Part shown: one piece after another, positions 12,368 to 25,700 of the stretch
How the letters are laid out: each line of letters starts with the position of its first letter
Position numbering within the stretch: the stretch's first letter is position 1
The notes under the pieces: generated by a model
Database searches by the model: none
Told to the model about the DNA's origin: nothing
Seen by the model: only the letters and a program-made list of their open reading frames with translations
Position numbers and translations under genes: made by a program
Source of the DNA: Octopus vulgaris
Taxonomy: Eukaryota
Direction: 5' to 3'
Assembly: GCA_951406725.2 (NCBI GenBank)
Contig: OX597815.1
Location: forward strand, 97,650,001 to 97,714,000
DNA length: 64,000 bases

Positions 12368-13428
12368 GTGTGTGTGTGTATGTGTGTGTGTGTGTATCTG
12401 TACAAAAATATGTACATATATACATATGCATAAATATATATTTATATACATGTGTATGTGCGAGCGCACATGTCTGTGTGTATACTTACTTCGTTATATA
12501 GTTTGCGTAAATCACAGCTAGCGCAGGACATAACTGCATTTCATACATACTTACATACATGTGTCTGTGTGTGTGTATGTGTGTGTGTGTGTTTATGCGT
12601 GTGTGGGTGTGTGGGGGTGTGTGTATGCGAGTGTGTGTGTGTGAGTGTGTATTCGAGTGTGTGAGTGCGTGTATGTTTGAATGAGAGTATGTGAGACTTC
12701 ACTTCGCGAACGATGCACAGAAAAGAGGCTTTCGTCCTCTCCTAATACGCACACGTTAGTGGCTAGGAAAAGAGAACTCTGATGGATTCTCGGTCTAGGG
12801 AATGCATGCAAAATTCTACTCTCAGTCCGGTGCTGCTTTGTCACTGTTCATTACCATTGCCAACTATTTATTATTATATCAGTATATTCTTTAGTTCTTT
12901 CGTCTATTTTCTCATCTCATGTAAGATCATACTGGAGCAGACACGTCGTGATTATTTCACACACACACACACGCACACATATGTATATATACATAGATAT
13001 ATATATATATATACATATATACACATACTCATATTGGCACATATATGTGTACCCACTGTGAGAGAAAAAGAAAGGCAAAGACAGAGACAGTGAGACAGAG
13101 GAGAAAGTGTAAGGGCCACAGTTAAAGTTGTTTATTATAGATATCGTGTTTCTACACTTTAAATATATTTTGTTTTCTGGAGGTTTTAATTTCTTTCCAA
13201 GAATGCTGTTTATATAATATTTTTAGAAGCTATTCAATCTTCATTATGGCTATAAATGATTGTCATCACCTGAAAATGTCGTATAAATCAAATCTAGCTT
13301 TCACTTTTCTATTCATGTTGTTTCTTCCCAGTTAGCATTATAAATATTTACGAGCAGAAGCACGCATGGCCACATATATTGCTTTCAAACAGATATAGAA
13401 ACATAATCGCACACACATGTATATACAT

Positions 13429-13523
<95 letters not shown>

Positions 13524-13605
13524 GACATATATAGGCATAAATATACTTATAAAACACACATATACATATACATATTTATAAAGATATATACACGTATACA
13601 TAAAC

Positions 13606-13636
<31 letters not shown>

Positions 13637-14524
13637 GGCATATGTGTGTGTGTTTGTGTGTATGCGTGTGTACAAGATATATATATGCGTAAGTGTGTAT
13701 ATGTATGCATGCGTATATCCATACTTCTGACGATGCTTCTTTATGTGTATATTCATAAACTCAGTCACACCATTGTTGATTGTAGCTTGTTTCTAAGTAT
13801 ATATACTTTTTGTGTAAATATGTGTTCAGCTATATATTCCAGTGCGTGCCAGAGGGTGTAATTTCGTCTTTCATGTACACTTCATACTCATTTTCGTAAC
13901 TTGTGGTTTTTCTAGTTTGATAGTGATACATCACTCTCATTCGAAGCTATATTTTTAATATAACAGACTAAATCCAGATACTATACGTTTGTTTTTACTT
14001 TCGCAGCTTTTGACAAATGTATTCAGTGTTGAACAGTTAGCGTAGGACTTAATCCGCTGCACAAAGTGTATATAATTCTTTATGATGAGATAAATATGGA
14101 AATGTAATTGTATATGTGTGAATTGATATAATGTAGTCGTTCTCAGTAAACATGTACATAATGGAGATGCCAATCAATACGTGGAATTCCTAATTACAGA
14201 GAACATACATTAACCCAGCCAGTGTGTCTGCAAATAAATATGTATATGCTCATTTTTGAAATTTATTGATAAAATAAGAAAGAAACCAAGAAAATATTAT
14301 CACTAGAATCAAGCTGCAGGAATTATGGATTTCGAAAATCAAAATGCTGAATATTTTTGACTATGTATTAAGGCAATTTTTATAGGAAAATAACTTATTC
14401 CATTTTATCTGTTTGCATATAGTTGCTTGGTGTATGTATGTATGTAGGTAGGTAGGTATTTAGGTAGGTAGGTAGGTAGGTAGGTAGGTAGATAGGTAGG
14501 TATATGTATGTATATATATACATG

Positions 14525-14576
<52 letters not shown>

Positions 14577-14611
14577 GCATACATATATACATACATATAC
14601 ATATACCTATA

Positions 14612-14671
<60 letters not shown>

Positions 14672-15612
14672 CTTTGAAACATGGATGAACGACTGAACAA
14701 ATTATTCTAGATATGTTGCGGAATGCTGATAATAGGATGTCGACCTACATGCAGTTAAAATGTCTAGCGCATCATTGTATTTCCTCAACCATCACTTCTA
14801 TAATGATAATGTTCTGCTGCATTTAATTATTCTTCAGACACCATCAGTGATTTCGTCTTCGTGAAGCATGTTGGGAGCAAGTGTGTCTGATAGCACCTAC
14901 CACTTTCCGGGTTATTGAGTAAAATCGATGTTTCAGAAATTAATGAAATAATCGGCTCAACTGGAAAATTAATCTCGGTCAAAGGCTTAACTTTGTGGAA
15001 TTTATTAAAAATCAATGGCGCTTTCTACCATCTCCATACCCAGCTGCATATGAATATGCTATATTTAAACAGAATTATTTGTCTCAGTCTTCACATGTGT
15101 AGAATTCATTAACTTTTGCAGAAATTGATTTGCATTGATCAGAACTCAATAAGCATTGGTTCTTGCAGTCAATAATTAATCTTCTGTTTTTTAATGGGTC
15201 AGTAGAACGCACAGTTATTTGTCTTTACAAGATCCAGAGAAACCGCCACCCTGTGCTATTCATTTGCACTTCTGAGTAACCAGAATTCCTACACCAGTTG
15301 TCTTGGCAACCACTAGCATTTAGTAGCTGACAATTGGCGTACACCTATGCCATCAAGTTTTTGGATATTTAATTTCTTGCTTTAGCATTTGTAACTTTGA
15401 CGTGGCCGAAATGTAAATTGCTAGCATAAATTAAATGTTTTCCCCACTACAGACCCAGTTCTCTCAACACCAACATTTCAAAATCTATAGAGAAGATAAG
15501 CATCTCTTTTCACTAAATAAATGTTACCCAAGCTTGTGTCAGAATTTCAAGATATCTTTTTCCTGAAAGTTCATGTACTAATATTTCTTTGCCTTAAAAG
15601 ACAGGAGCTTTC

Positions 15613-15835
<223 letters not shown>

Positions 15836-17681
15836 CTTTCACTGGCCTATATCTGTTGTTTATCTGTTGCGCCAGAAAAGTTTAAATGCAACGCTTCATT
15901 CGTCTGCTGTCAATGCTATTGTTCCCCAAGCCTCTCCACAGTTCATTTCCTGTGTAAAAGGCTAACGTTCATACATATTCTTCTAACAACATATTACATT
16001 TATAAATTTAACACTTCATTACAGCAACTTTAGAAACTCTATACATCCGTTCGGTCAACTAGAAGTTGACAGAACGCAACAGCTAGAGCCTTTTGTAAGT
16101 AGATATCTTCAAAAAACATAGGGCTAAATAATAATAACAACAACAACAATAATTCTAGACTTCCATTGCTTTTACGATCAGATTCGTTGACAAGATCTTT
16201 CTATAGGCTCATGGCCACTAAGTGTTTTAAATAGATTCGGCTACCGTTGCTATACTTCATATTACTTAATGTTGTTGCGCACTAGGTTATCCTTATTTAG
16301 TGGACCTATGATCAGCTGCGTTCCAGATTTGCTCTTTCTGTCTTGTTTTGTTTCAGATAGAGTTTAACCAAGTTCGTATCTTCTAACGTTTATATATTTT
16401 TTAAGTCACTACGTTGCTGTGTGAATGAACTTGTCTGCTATTTCTAAAAGGCATGAACGAACACATAGAACCTTAATCATTGATTGCTTAAGTGTGATTA
16501 ACCATTGATATTCTTTATGTTAGATTTTACCACTGAACTTTGTTGTTGGTCATATCGATGCAAAGTTGTTTGAAACATTTCATGCAACCATTTAAAAAGG
16601 TATATTCAAATATTCTGACAATCAGCCTTTGTATCTATTGAATGAACCAATATTTTCCATAAAATGTAATTCATTGGTTTAATAAATAGACTATTTTTCT
16701 ATTCGTTTTGCTTCTGTTGTTCATAAAACTACTTCAGCTTTTTCATTTTGAAAAGTTGTTGGAAACTACAACACATCTATTGAAAATATCTTTAGGGTTG
16801 AATTAGTTGCCTTTGACCAAATCCAGTGATGTTAATGTATATTTATTGTACAGCTTGGGTACAGGTTTGACTGTGTGGTTAGGAAGTTTAGTTTACTGGC
16901 AAATACCTCCACTTCGATAGCATTGACCACATTGTGTAGCATTTTGGTTAAATATCGTCTTTTACCACAACAGAAATTTCGGCAGAAATTTCTGTGAGTA
17001 GTTTGTTCGATAGAAACTGTATGTACCCTTTGAGATGTCTACTATGTTGAAAACATTCGAGCCGTCTTTCTTTGTTGGGCAGCTGCATTTTTCCTTCTCT
17101 TCTTCCAATCTCAGAGGCATAAAAACAGGCATAGACGCTGTCGTTCCTTCTCTAACAAAAACTTATCTTTCAAGAGCTCTAAAAGTAGTAAAATATCATT
17201 GATACTGCTATTCTCGTGTTTGGCTTTGTGGTAAAAAAAAACAGCCAGTAGTTCAAGAAAAATCCAGAACATAATATATTATTTTCTACTATAATGTAAC
17301 AATTTAGTATAGAAATACTACCATGTATTGAAATCCTTGTAATTTTTAAATGCCTCAATGAATATTTTTGTTTTGGCATTTATCGAACTGCAAATGAGAT
17401 TCTTTCAATACGACTACTTGTTTTTCTTAGTTTAGAGGACAACTACAATTAACTTATTTACTTTTCATCACAAGATCAATATGTTTTTCTAATAATTGAT
17501 TGGTAAAAACATTTTCTACGCTGCTAAGTATCAGGGGATTTCACATTGTCTTTCTATTCAGTTAGTTAACATATGCATATACACACCAAACCAGACTCTC
17601 TCTCCCTCTCTATATATATATGTGTCTGTGTGTGTGTACGTGTGTATAAGCATAGCCATTCAAATATACACATATGCATAA

Positions 17682-17725
<44 letters not shown>

Positions 17726-17792
17726 CACTCACACACACATATATATATAGATAGATATATCAATACATATAGTCTTATGTTTTGTATACTTG

Positions 17793-17831
<39 letters not shown>

Positions 17832-19284
17832 TTGTGTATGTGTGTGTGTAACTCTATACTTTTATGCGAACACACTTTCTCTCTCTATATATATATATAC
17901 ATATATATGTATGTAGGTATGTATGTATTATGTATGTGTGTATGTATGTATGTATGGCAATTTGTGTTGTAAATCTTCATAATTTTCTCTTTCTCTCTCC
18001 CCCCTCTCTCTCTCTCTCTCACTTTCTCAGTATCGATAACAGTGCTTTTGTGCTTTGTTACAGCAAGAAATCTTTCTTACTCTGTATTTGTGGTCTTAGT
18101 TTGTATTCCCCCAGTAAAAAAAAAACTATATTCTCGGTTTAAGAAAATAAAATCGTGCCTAGCTGAATGAAATACTACTGGAAAATATGGTATTTCACTC
18201 AAAATAGCATAACAGAATCCCTCAGAGTATGCTTTTTATTAATTTGTACCTTGGCACACAGATTCCGACATTTCAGAAGAGTAGAGATTAACTAATTTAT
18301 GACCCTGCAAACGATTATCTACTACTATTATGTATTAAAATCGCTGGAGGAAGAACAAAAATCGAACCCTGTATGATTTTTATTGTTTTGATTATATTAT
18401 GAGTATTATTTGAGTAAAAAAATATATAAAACCATCAAAGAAAGAAATTGTATGCAGACGCTCGACCTGCTGGATTTAGCGGCTACATCCCTATCAACCG
18501 TTACTCTAGTTCTACATATTTAAATATGAAGTCCTTGAAAGAAGTCAAAAACAATAGGATGAAATGACAGGAGCACAATTGATGAAATATCAGATCGATC
18601 AAGTATGACCTTGTGGTAAACAATAAAAGCGTTCCAAATCTATTCCAAACTTAGAAATAGAAAATAACGGAACTAATAAACAAGCCACAATTCGTATGAA
18701 AAAATAATAAAACGTAAAAGGTAAAATATCCTTGTGGACAAAAGTGTTGGTACAATCTCCCAAAGGATTTGACTTCTAGGAATGAAAATTGCAATTAATC
18801 CCAACAAGAATAGGAATAAAAACCTAATAAAACGCAATAATGTAATGCACGCAGTCAGAAGCTCAGAACATTTTGTTATATGTCCATGATGTTTTCATAC
18901 ATTGTAATACATTCTACAATTTTATAATGGTACATACATGACGCATTAGGAGCTGTATAAAACATGGATGATTTTCCTCTCTGTTTTCTCCATGAAGACA
19001 TTGCTATTTGTAATCCTTGATTTGCGTATATGTCAAACAAAACAAAGTATTATTAATCTGACGTTGGGAGCAGGTCAGAAGATTGTAAGCTAGTAATTTG
19101 ACGTTATTTTAGATATATTTCGGTTGTTGTTGTTTAACATTTAGCTGATTTAGGGCTAAGCTATAACTACACAGCAACATGTACGAAATACATTGAAAGA
19201 CTACACTATCCAGTTTGTTCTTTCTTTCTTAAGAGAATAACTCATGATTTTTTGAAGATTTGGTCATTACTTCTTGCAGGAATA

Positions 19285-19495
19285 AAGTGGTGAGCTGACA
19301 GAATTGGTAGCACGAGGACAAAATTGTTAGCGGCATCATTTCTAGTTTTACGTTCTAAGTTCAAAGTCACCGAGGTCAACCTTGCCTTTTATCTTTTCGG
19401 GGTCAATAAAATAAAGTACCACTCAAGAATTAGGGTCCACGTATTCGACTAACACCCATCCCTAAAATTACCGGTCTTGTGCCAAAATTTGAAAG
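19285..19495 (+). mobile_element. CORE-type SINE, family C, degenerate
   Basis: gtggtgagctgacagaat head and gaggtcaaccttgccttttatcttttcggggtcaataaaataaagtacca CORE-like domain. Confidence 0.7.
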
Positions 19496-19659
19496 AACTG
19501 CTTCTAGCAAGAGTACTAATACGATATTGCTTGTCATCCTTATTTCACTTACTTTCTCGTGTGAGAAATGATACAAAGGTCGATATAAGCTAATTGTAGA
19601 TTGAGATCGTAGAGAAACGTACTTAACTGCTACAAGCCATCCAGTACAGCTCTTTACCC

Positions 19660-19895
19660 TTTCTTATTGCTTTACTGCCCACAAGGGGCTGCACACAGAG
19701 GGGAAAAACAAGGACAGATAAACGTATTAAGTCGATTATATCGATCCCAGTGCGTACCTGGTAATTATTTAATCGACCCCAAAAGGATGAAAGAAAAATC
19801 GACCTCGGCAGAATTTGAACTCAGAACGTAGCGGCAGATGAAATACCGCTAAGCATTTCGCCTGGCGTGCTAACGTTTCTGCTAGCTCGCCGCCT
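19660..19895 (-). mobile_element. CORE-type SINE, family C
   Basis: Reverse strand ggcggcgagctagcagaaacgttagcacgcc...gagttcaaattctgccgaggtcga...tttcatccttttggggtcgattaaataattaccag. Confidence 0.8.
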
Positions 19896-22493
19896 TAACG
19901 TTTCTGCCACCTCTTTACCGTTTCTGCCAATCTAAGTTCACTAGTAATTACGCTAATTACTAATTAATCAGACGTTCTATTCTACGCGTAAACATTTCAA
20001 AACTACAATATTCTTCACAGCATAATTGGTTTTGAAAATATACATTATGTGACAATAATTTTAAGTTCAGAACCAGAAATATCCGTCCCATTTGCTTAAC
20101 ACTCGTTCTTAGTCTGAAATTATAGACTTCAGTTTATTCAGAGAAATCTGATATTTTCAGAGAGAATCAGTTACAAAGGAATCCTTACAAAATATTTTGT
20201 TCCGTGTTTTAAGATTTCCACGTAACGCAATATTGTTAGCCAGTATAATTTTTTGTTTTTATTTTCATTTTCGTAGTTGTTGTTGTTGTGTTGGTGGTTG
20301 TATATTGAAATAATTTCTTCTCGATGCAGTATTGTAAAAAGAACTTGTCTTCATCTGACCTACTTCCGCTTCCCTTTTTCTATTTCTCCTAATTCTTTCC
20401 TTATTTTTTCTTCTACGTTATTTCATAGTATTTTTTATATTTTCAATGTATTTTTTCTCCTTTTCGAGAACATCAGTAAAGAAATCATGTCAAGATTTGA
20501 AGAATTTCAATAAAACTTTATGGTTTCAGATGCTTACATATCGCTAATGAAAAACACACCAGTACACACACACTGAAAAGATAGACTTTCAAACAATATT
20601 GTATAGATAAAACCGTATCATAAAATTTTTCACACTTAATTATATTTACGCAAATACGCACACATACATACATACATATGTATATATACACACGTGCATC
20701 CATGCACACATACATACATGTACGCACACACATACACACACACACACGAGTATATATGTATATGTATGTGTGTGTATTTGTGTGTATATGTATGTATGTA
20801 TGTATGTATCTATGTATACGTGTATACAGCGTACTTTTTTAGTATGCCAATGCATATGTGTATACGCTTCTATATATTTGTGATTTTGTTTAGGTTTCAT
20901 TATATTTCGTTAAGATAGAAACTATTTTGATGTGTAATTAGAAAATGTGATTAAACTAAGATTCATAAGCTTTTATGTGTGGTCTTTTCACATTTTAAGC
21001 ATATTTGAAAATTACTGTTATTCAATACTATCTATTGGTCTAATCTTTATATTCCCAACACGCTGTTCCCTATGGAATTTATCTATATTATATTTTTTCA
21101 ATGGAATTTTATTTACAATCTAAAACTTTTTATATACTTTAACTACTTTCTCCTATCATTTCCTGATTTTAACATTAAAAACGGTCAATTTCTTGAACTT
21201 AGATCCAATACTTTAAATGATATAAAACAAAATATATTTATTTTTAATTATCATAGTGAGCTAATTTAATCTAGTCTGCCATAAAATATACTTAACAGTA
21301 TAGCTTATTTGTACAGTGATATGTAGTATATTTATATAAGAATATTGATATCTTTATTTAACTTATATTTGCTTTCTATTTAATTTAGTATTCACTTTTA
21401 ATTAACTTACAGTTTAAATGTGTTAATTAATTTTACCATCACAGCGGTCAACGGCAAAATTATTACTACGCCGGGCAAAGTGGTTAGCGACAAGTACCCG
21501 TGGAGCAGTGGAGTCGGTGTAATCGACTAACCCCTGCCCAAAATTTCAGGTCTTGTGCCTATTGTAGAAAAGAATTAATACAACCATTTCGTTGTAACTT
21601 TTGGTGAATTTCCGTTTGTGACCAATATTCGTGCTTCCCTTCCATCGAATAGTCTCGTTGTCTGACTAAATCATTTACAAGAAAATAAATTTACCTCTTA
21701 ATCACGAGCTAAAAACGGAGCTCATTTGCTAGCGTTCCCGTTATCTAGCGGTCCAGCAAAAGGGACGGACGAATATGTGCCAGAATAGTATGAAATAGCA
21801 TAAGTACTGGAGTTCTGTTGTTCGTTTAAAGCCTTGGAAAGCGGTGTCCTAGTCTGGCCGTAGTCCAACTACTGAAGCTAGTAAATGATAAAAGATATAA
21901 AACAGTAAATAATTAACTGCAAACACCGTTTGACAGAACCAATGGAAGTACCACACATTCTTTTGTTCAAATTCAAAATAATCGAAAAATATATATATAT
22001 TTTGGTATATGCGGTTGATGTTCAAATATTTGAAATGGTTAATGATAATATATATGATAACTAGTTCATGAAAGTTATTTTGATATAAGTATATTATATA
22101 GTATTATTTATATATTTATTTTGATACAAGCATGGCATTATATTATAGCAGTGTTTTTAACATCTGCTGTAACTCTTATAATTAGGATCGCAGAAACAAA
22201 TATGTTATATTGATAAGAAAGTAAACAATGAATAAGAAAAAATCTGTGAATATTTAAGATACAAAGCTGATGGGTTATCGAGATATTGTGCAAATGTGTG
22301 TCAGTGTGTGTGTGCGTGTGTATGTGTGTGCTGTTAGGTACGTGTATGTCAATGAATGAATATATGCGTGGGTGTCTATGTTTGGACGTATTTTACATGT
22401 GTATTTTTATGTTGGTGTGTGAGAGAGATTATATATGTACGTATGTATGCTTGTATTTATGTACGTATATATTTGTACACACACACACTCACT

Positions 22494-22568
<75 letters not shown>

Positions 22569-22987
22569 TTACATATATGTGTGTGTGTGTACGTATATAT
22601 ATGTTTGATATTATGTGTCTGTGCATATTGCTATCCGCCTTTATGTGTAGATATTAATTTGTAGTTTTGTGCAGCCTTCTCTGTATATCTATATTAGTCT
22701 GTCCGCACAGGTTTATTTGGGCGGGTGAGGACAGAATATGTTTTACTCCATTATTTATATTTTAATCATTTTATTTCTATTTTGTATATTTTTTCTCCAA
22801 CTGAGAAGATCATTTCAATTCATGGAAAAAATATTTTGCGTACATTCAGTTTTCAAATACTTATTATATTCAGCTACTTCATCTGATTCCATGACCATCA
22901 CTCATTGTATGCTCGTTACCACTACACACACACACATACACATGCATACACGCATCATTACCACTACACACACACATACGTATATAT

Positions 22988-23884
22988 AGTGAGAATTTAC
23001 AAAAAGAACACGAAGACAGGTGTGTAAACAACAAACATATATATTAGTTTAACGTTCGGGAAGTGAGAAAGTCTTTTACGTTTCGAGCCTATGCTCTTCG
23101 ACAGAAAGGAACACAGAAATTAAAAAAAATTAGAGAAAATTGAAAAGGTTTGGTGGCTAGCGATCTATCATGGCGAATGCCGGTCAGAGGGGTCACACAG
23201 GACAGCGAGGCAGGGGATATAATAAAGTAGTGGTGATCCCAAAACGAAGATGCGGTTGTATGTGAGAGCGTGTATGTCCGTATGGAAGAGGGCTGGTGAC
23301 ATTGACGTGTGCGTGTGTGCATGTGTAGGTGTGTGGATGATGGTGTAGGTGCTGGGAAGTGGTCAGTGCTAGTGTTGCAGAATGGTGTGATGTGGTGTGA
23401 TGTATGGTGGTGTGTGGTCTGGTGTTGTGTTGTGTGGTGGTGTGTGTTGTGGTGGTGTGTGGTGTGAGGTGTGTGGTGCGGTGTTGTTGGGTGTGGGAGG
23501 CGAGAGTGGGGAAAGCAAGGATGAAGTCTAAGGGATAGGGTGGGGATGGGATGGGTTGTATAAGGATAGTGGGGTTGGAATGTGTTTGGGTGGGGTAACG
23601 AGGGAGAGGTGCCGATGAAGGGAGAGGGTGGAAGGGAGAACGTGGGTAGGAGTGAAGAGAGAAATAGGTACCAGAGCAAGAACGGGAGGTGGGTGGGAGG
23701 AAGTAGGTTTGAGAGGAAGGGAGGAGAGAGGAGGAAGGTTAGATGAAGAGGGGACGAGAGTTGAGCCCATATGGTGCAAAGCAGCGAATAGAGAAGATTA
23801 ATCCCTGCTCACGACGAAGCCGGGAGTCTGGATGGCCCTGTGCAAGGATAATCCGAACACAGACAGGTGTTGTAAAGGGCGGCC

Positions 23885-23885
<1 letters not shown>
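22988..23885 (-). mobile_element. 5'-truncated Penelope-like element: GIY-YIG endonuclease C-terminus plus terminal repeat with a hammerhead motif
   Basis: Minus strand about 23880-23739 reads HLSVFGLSLH/(frameshift)QGHPDSRLRREQGLIFSIRCFAPYGLNSRPLFI*, matching the PLE pattern R..RE...I..L....P.GLN. A low-complexity tract and a hammerhead-like motif at 23108-23073 follow; both ends abut (TA)n. Confidence 0.8.
23073..23108 (-). ncRNA. Minimal hammerhead-like motif in the PLE terminal repeat (A6 replaced by U)
   Basis: Minus strand CTTT-CTGTCGA-A-GAGC atag GCTC-GAAA-CG-TA-AAAG, with a palindromic ACGT stem III. Confidence 0.55.
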
Positions 23886-23932
<47 letters not shown>

Positions 23933-24115
23933 AAAATGAGATAGGGGGGAGGGTTATGAGTGTAACCTACTATGGGATATCAGTTATCCAATATACTGCC
24001 AGTGAAGTACCCAAAAGGCTAATGCATAAATGCTTACAATTGCAATGCAATTAGTTCATTTATTGTATTAGATGGGCGAAGGTAAAATGTTTTACCTCAA
24101 AATCATAATACAAGT

Positions 24116-24212
24116 TAGAAAATGGAGGAACAGATTCCTTTCAATCATCACCTTACAGATAATACCAATCTGTAAGTTGATGATTGAAAGGAATCTGTTC
24201 CTCCATTTTCTA
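24116..24212. repeat. Near-perfect hairpin with 45-bp arms and a 7-nt loop
   Basis: tagaaaatggaggaacagattcctttcaatcatcaccttacagat - aatacca - atctgtaagttgatgattgaaaggaatctgttcctccattttcta; 44 of 45 positions pair. Confidence 0.95.
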
Positions 24213-24225
24213 TTTGTACATTTAT

Positions 24226-24274
<49 letters not shown>

Positions 24275-24296
24275 GCATATATGTTATGTTTGATTA

Positions 24297-25100
24297 AACG
24301 AGGCTAAAGCACGTAGAGTGAAGCCGCTTGGAAAACTTGACCTTGAACGCATGTGCACTTAGAGTTAATGTTCTGGCTCACTTCCGCAGTTTACAACAGT
24401 GCTTGGAACGAAGGTGTGTAGTGTGTCATCGTCGCTTTCACCATGAGAGATAAAGTTGTCATGGCGATACCTGCTCAGAGACCTACGCAGTGTTGTTGAA
24501 CGTATGTGGAGAGGATTGCATGATCCGCACACAAGCGTACGAGCGTTTCAGACATTTCCAAGATGGCCGAAGAAATGTTGATATTGAAGAATGTTCTAGG
24601 AGACCCGCAACAAGCTGAACTGAGAAAAACATCGCAGATGTATGTGCAGCTGTGTGAGGAAATAGTCGAACCATTATCCGTGTGATATTAAAGGCTGTAC
24701 AGACAAGTTACGTTTCAGTTCACACCATTTTCACTGAAGATTTGGGTATGAGACGTGTGTTTGCCAAGTTTGTACCAAAACTGCTTTTAGCTGACCAAAA
24801 ATACTCTCGGGTTTCAGTTGCACAAGTTCTCCTTGATTTTGTCGAGAACGAAGAAGACTTTCTGAAAACTTTGTGTAGGCCTCTGAGCAGATGTCACCAA
24901 GCTTTTGGCAAAATTTGGGGATTCTCTGCTCAGCTTACTCTGTCATGGTCAATGCGACGATTACACGCGACACACCTTCCTTCCAAGCACTGCTGGAAAC
25001 AGCGGAAGTCAGCCAGAACGTTAAAAATTAGTGTGTATGCACATCAGCGTTCAAGATCAATTTGTGCAAAACGCTTTACTCTTCGTGCTTTAGCTTCGTT
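24297..25100 (+). mobile_element. Internally deleted mariner-type DNA transposon with long imperfect TIRs (about 165 bp)
   Basis: Transposase N-terminal remnant VHTIFTEDLGMRRVFAKFVPKLLLADQKYSRV (WVPHEL-equivalent linker). Ends aacgaggctaaagcacgtagagt... and ...actcttcgtgctttagcttcgtt are inverted copies. Confidence 0.85.
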
Positions 25101-25249
25101 ACTCTGACATATATATATATATATATATATATCGTATCAAGCTAAGAAGTACTCCATAGTTCCAGAATGTTCGACTCGAATCAAATATAGAAAACACTTT
25201 AAATCGTTGTTACCCCGACTACTCCAGCCAAAATCAGTAACAGTCTCAT

Positions 25250-25700
25250 TTTTTCTTTTACAAACAACGAGCGTATACTTTGTCTCCTATTTCGCATAAT
25301 GAATGCCACAAATACCTGGGTATTAATTAAAAAAATATGTATCCTATGAAGGTACTATGAACAAAGTGACCAAGAACATTACACTACTAGACTTAGGAAA
25401 ATATGATATGCATTCATTCATGCAACATTATCTCACAATGCATTTTCAGTACCAGTACTGATATCAACATTTGAGATACTTGAATGGTCTGAAAGAAAAC
25501 CTACTCCATAAACATTAAAACCCGCCAGAAATTGGCGTCAAATGGAAATATCCATAGAAACTGGGAAATCGACAGGCTCTGTCTAAGGTAGAGGCTCAAG
25601 ATTAGTGCAGATAGCCTCCGAGTGTCGTATAATATATCTCAGACTACATTTACTAAACAACAGCAGTGCTAAAAAGCGAAGAAAGCAACGTGTTGCGTGT
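25250..25700 (+). mobile_element. Decayed R4/Dong-like LINE RT thumb fragment
   Basis: Broken translation gives KYLGIN, SHNAFSVPVLISTFEILEWS, NIKTRQKLASNGNIHRNWEIDRL and GRG...ECRII, typical of RLE-clade RT thumb regions. Confidence 0.65.

Noticed and set aside
19292-19301. 10-nt complement (gagctgacag) to the M2 exon as a possible editing complementary sequence
   Set aside because: Too short, 13 kb away and part of a generic SINE head; expected by chance.
23089-23679. 196-aa Pro/His/Thr-rich ORF
   Set aside because: Low-complexity tract of the PLE 3' region, downstream of the endonuclease stop codon.
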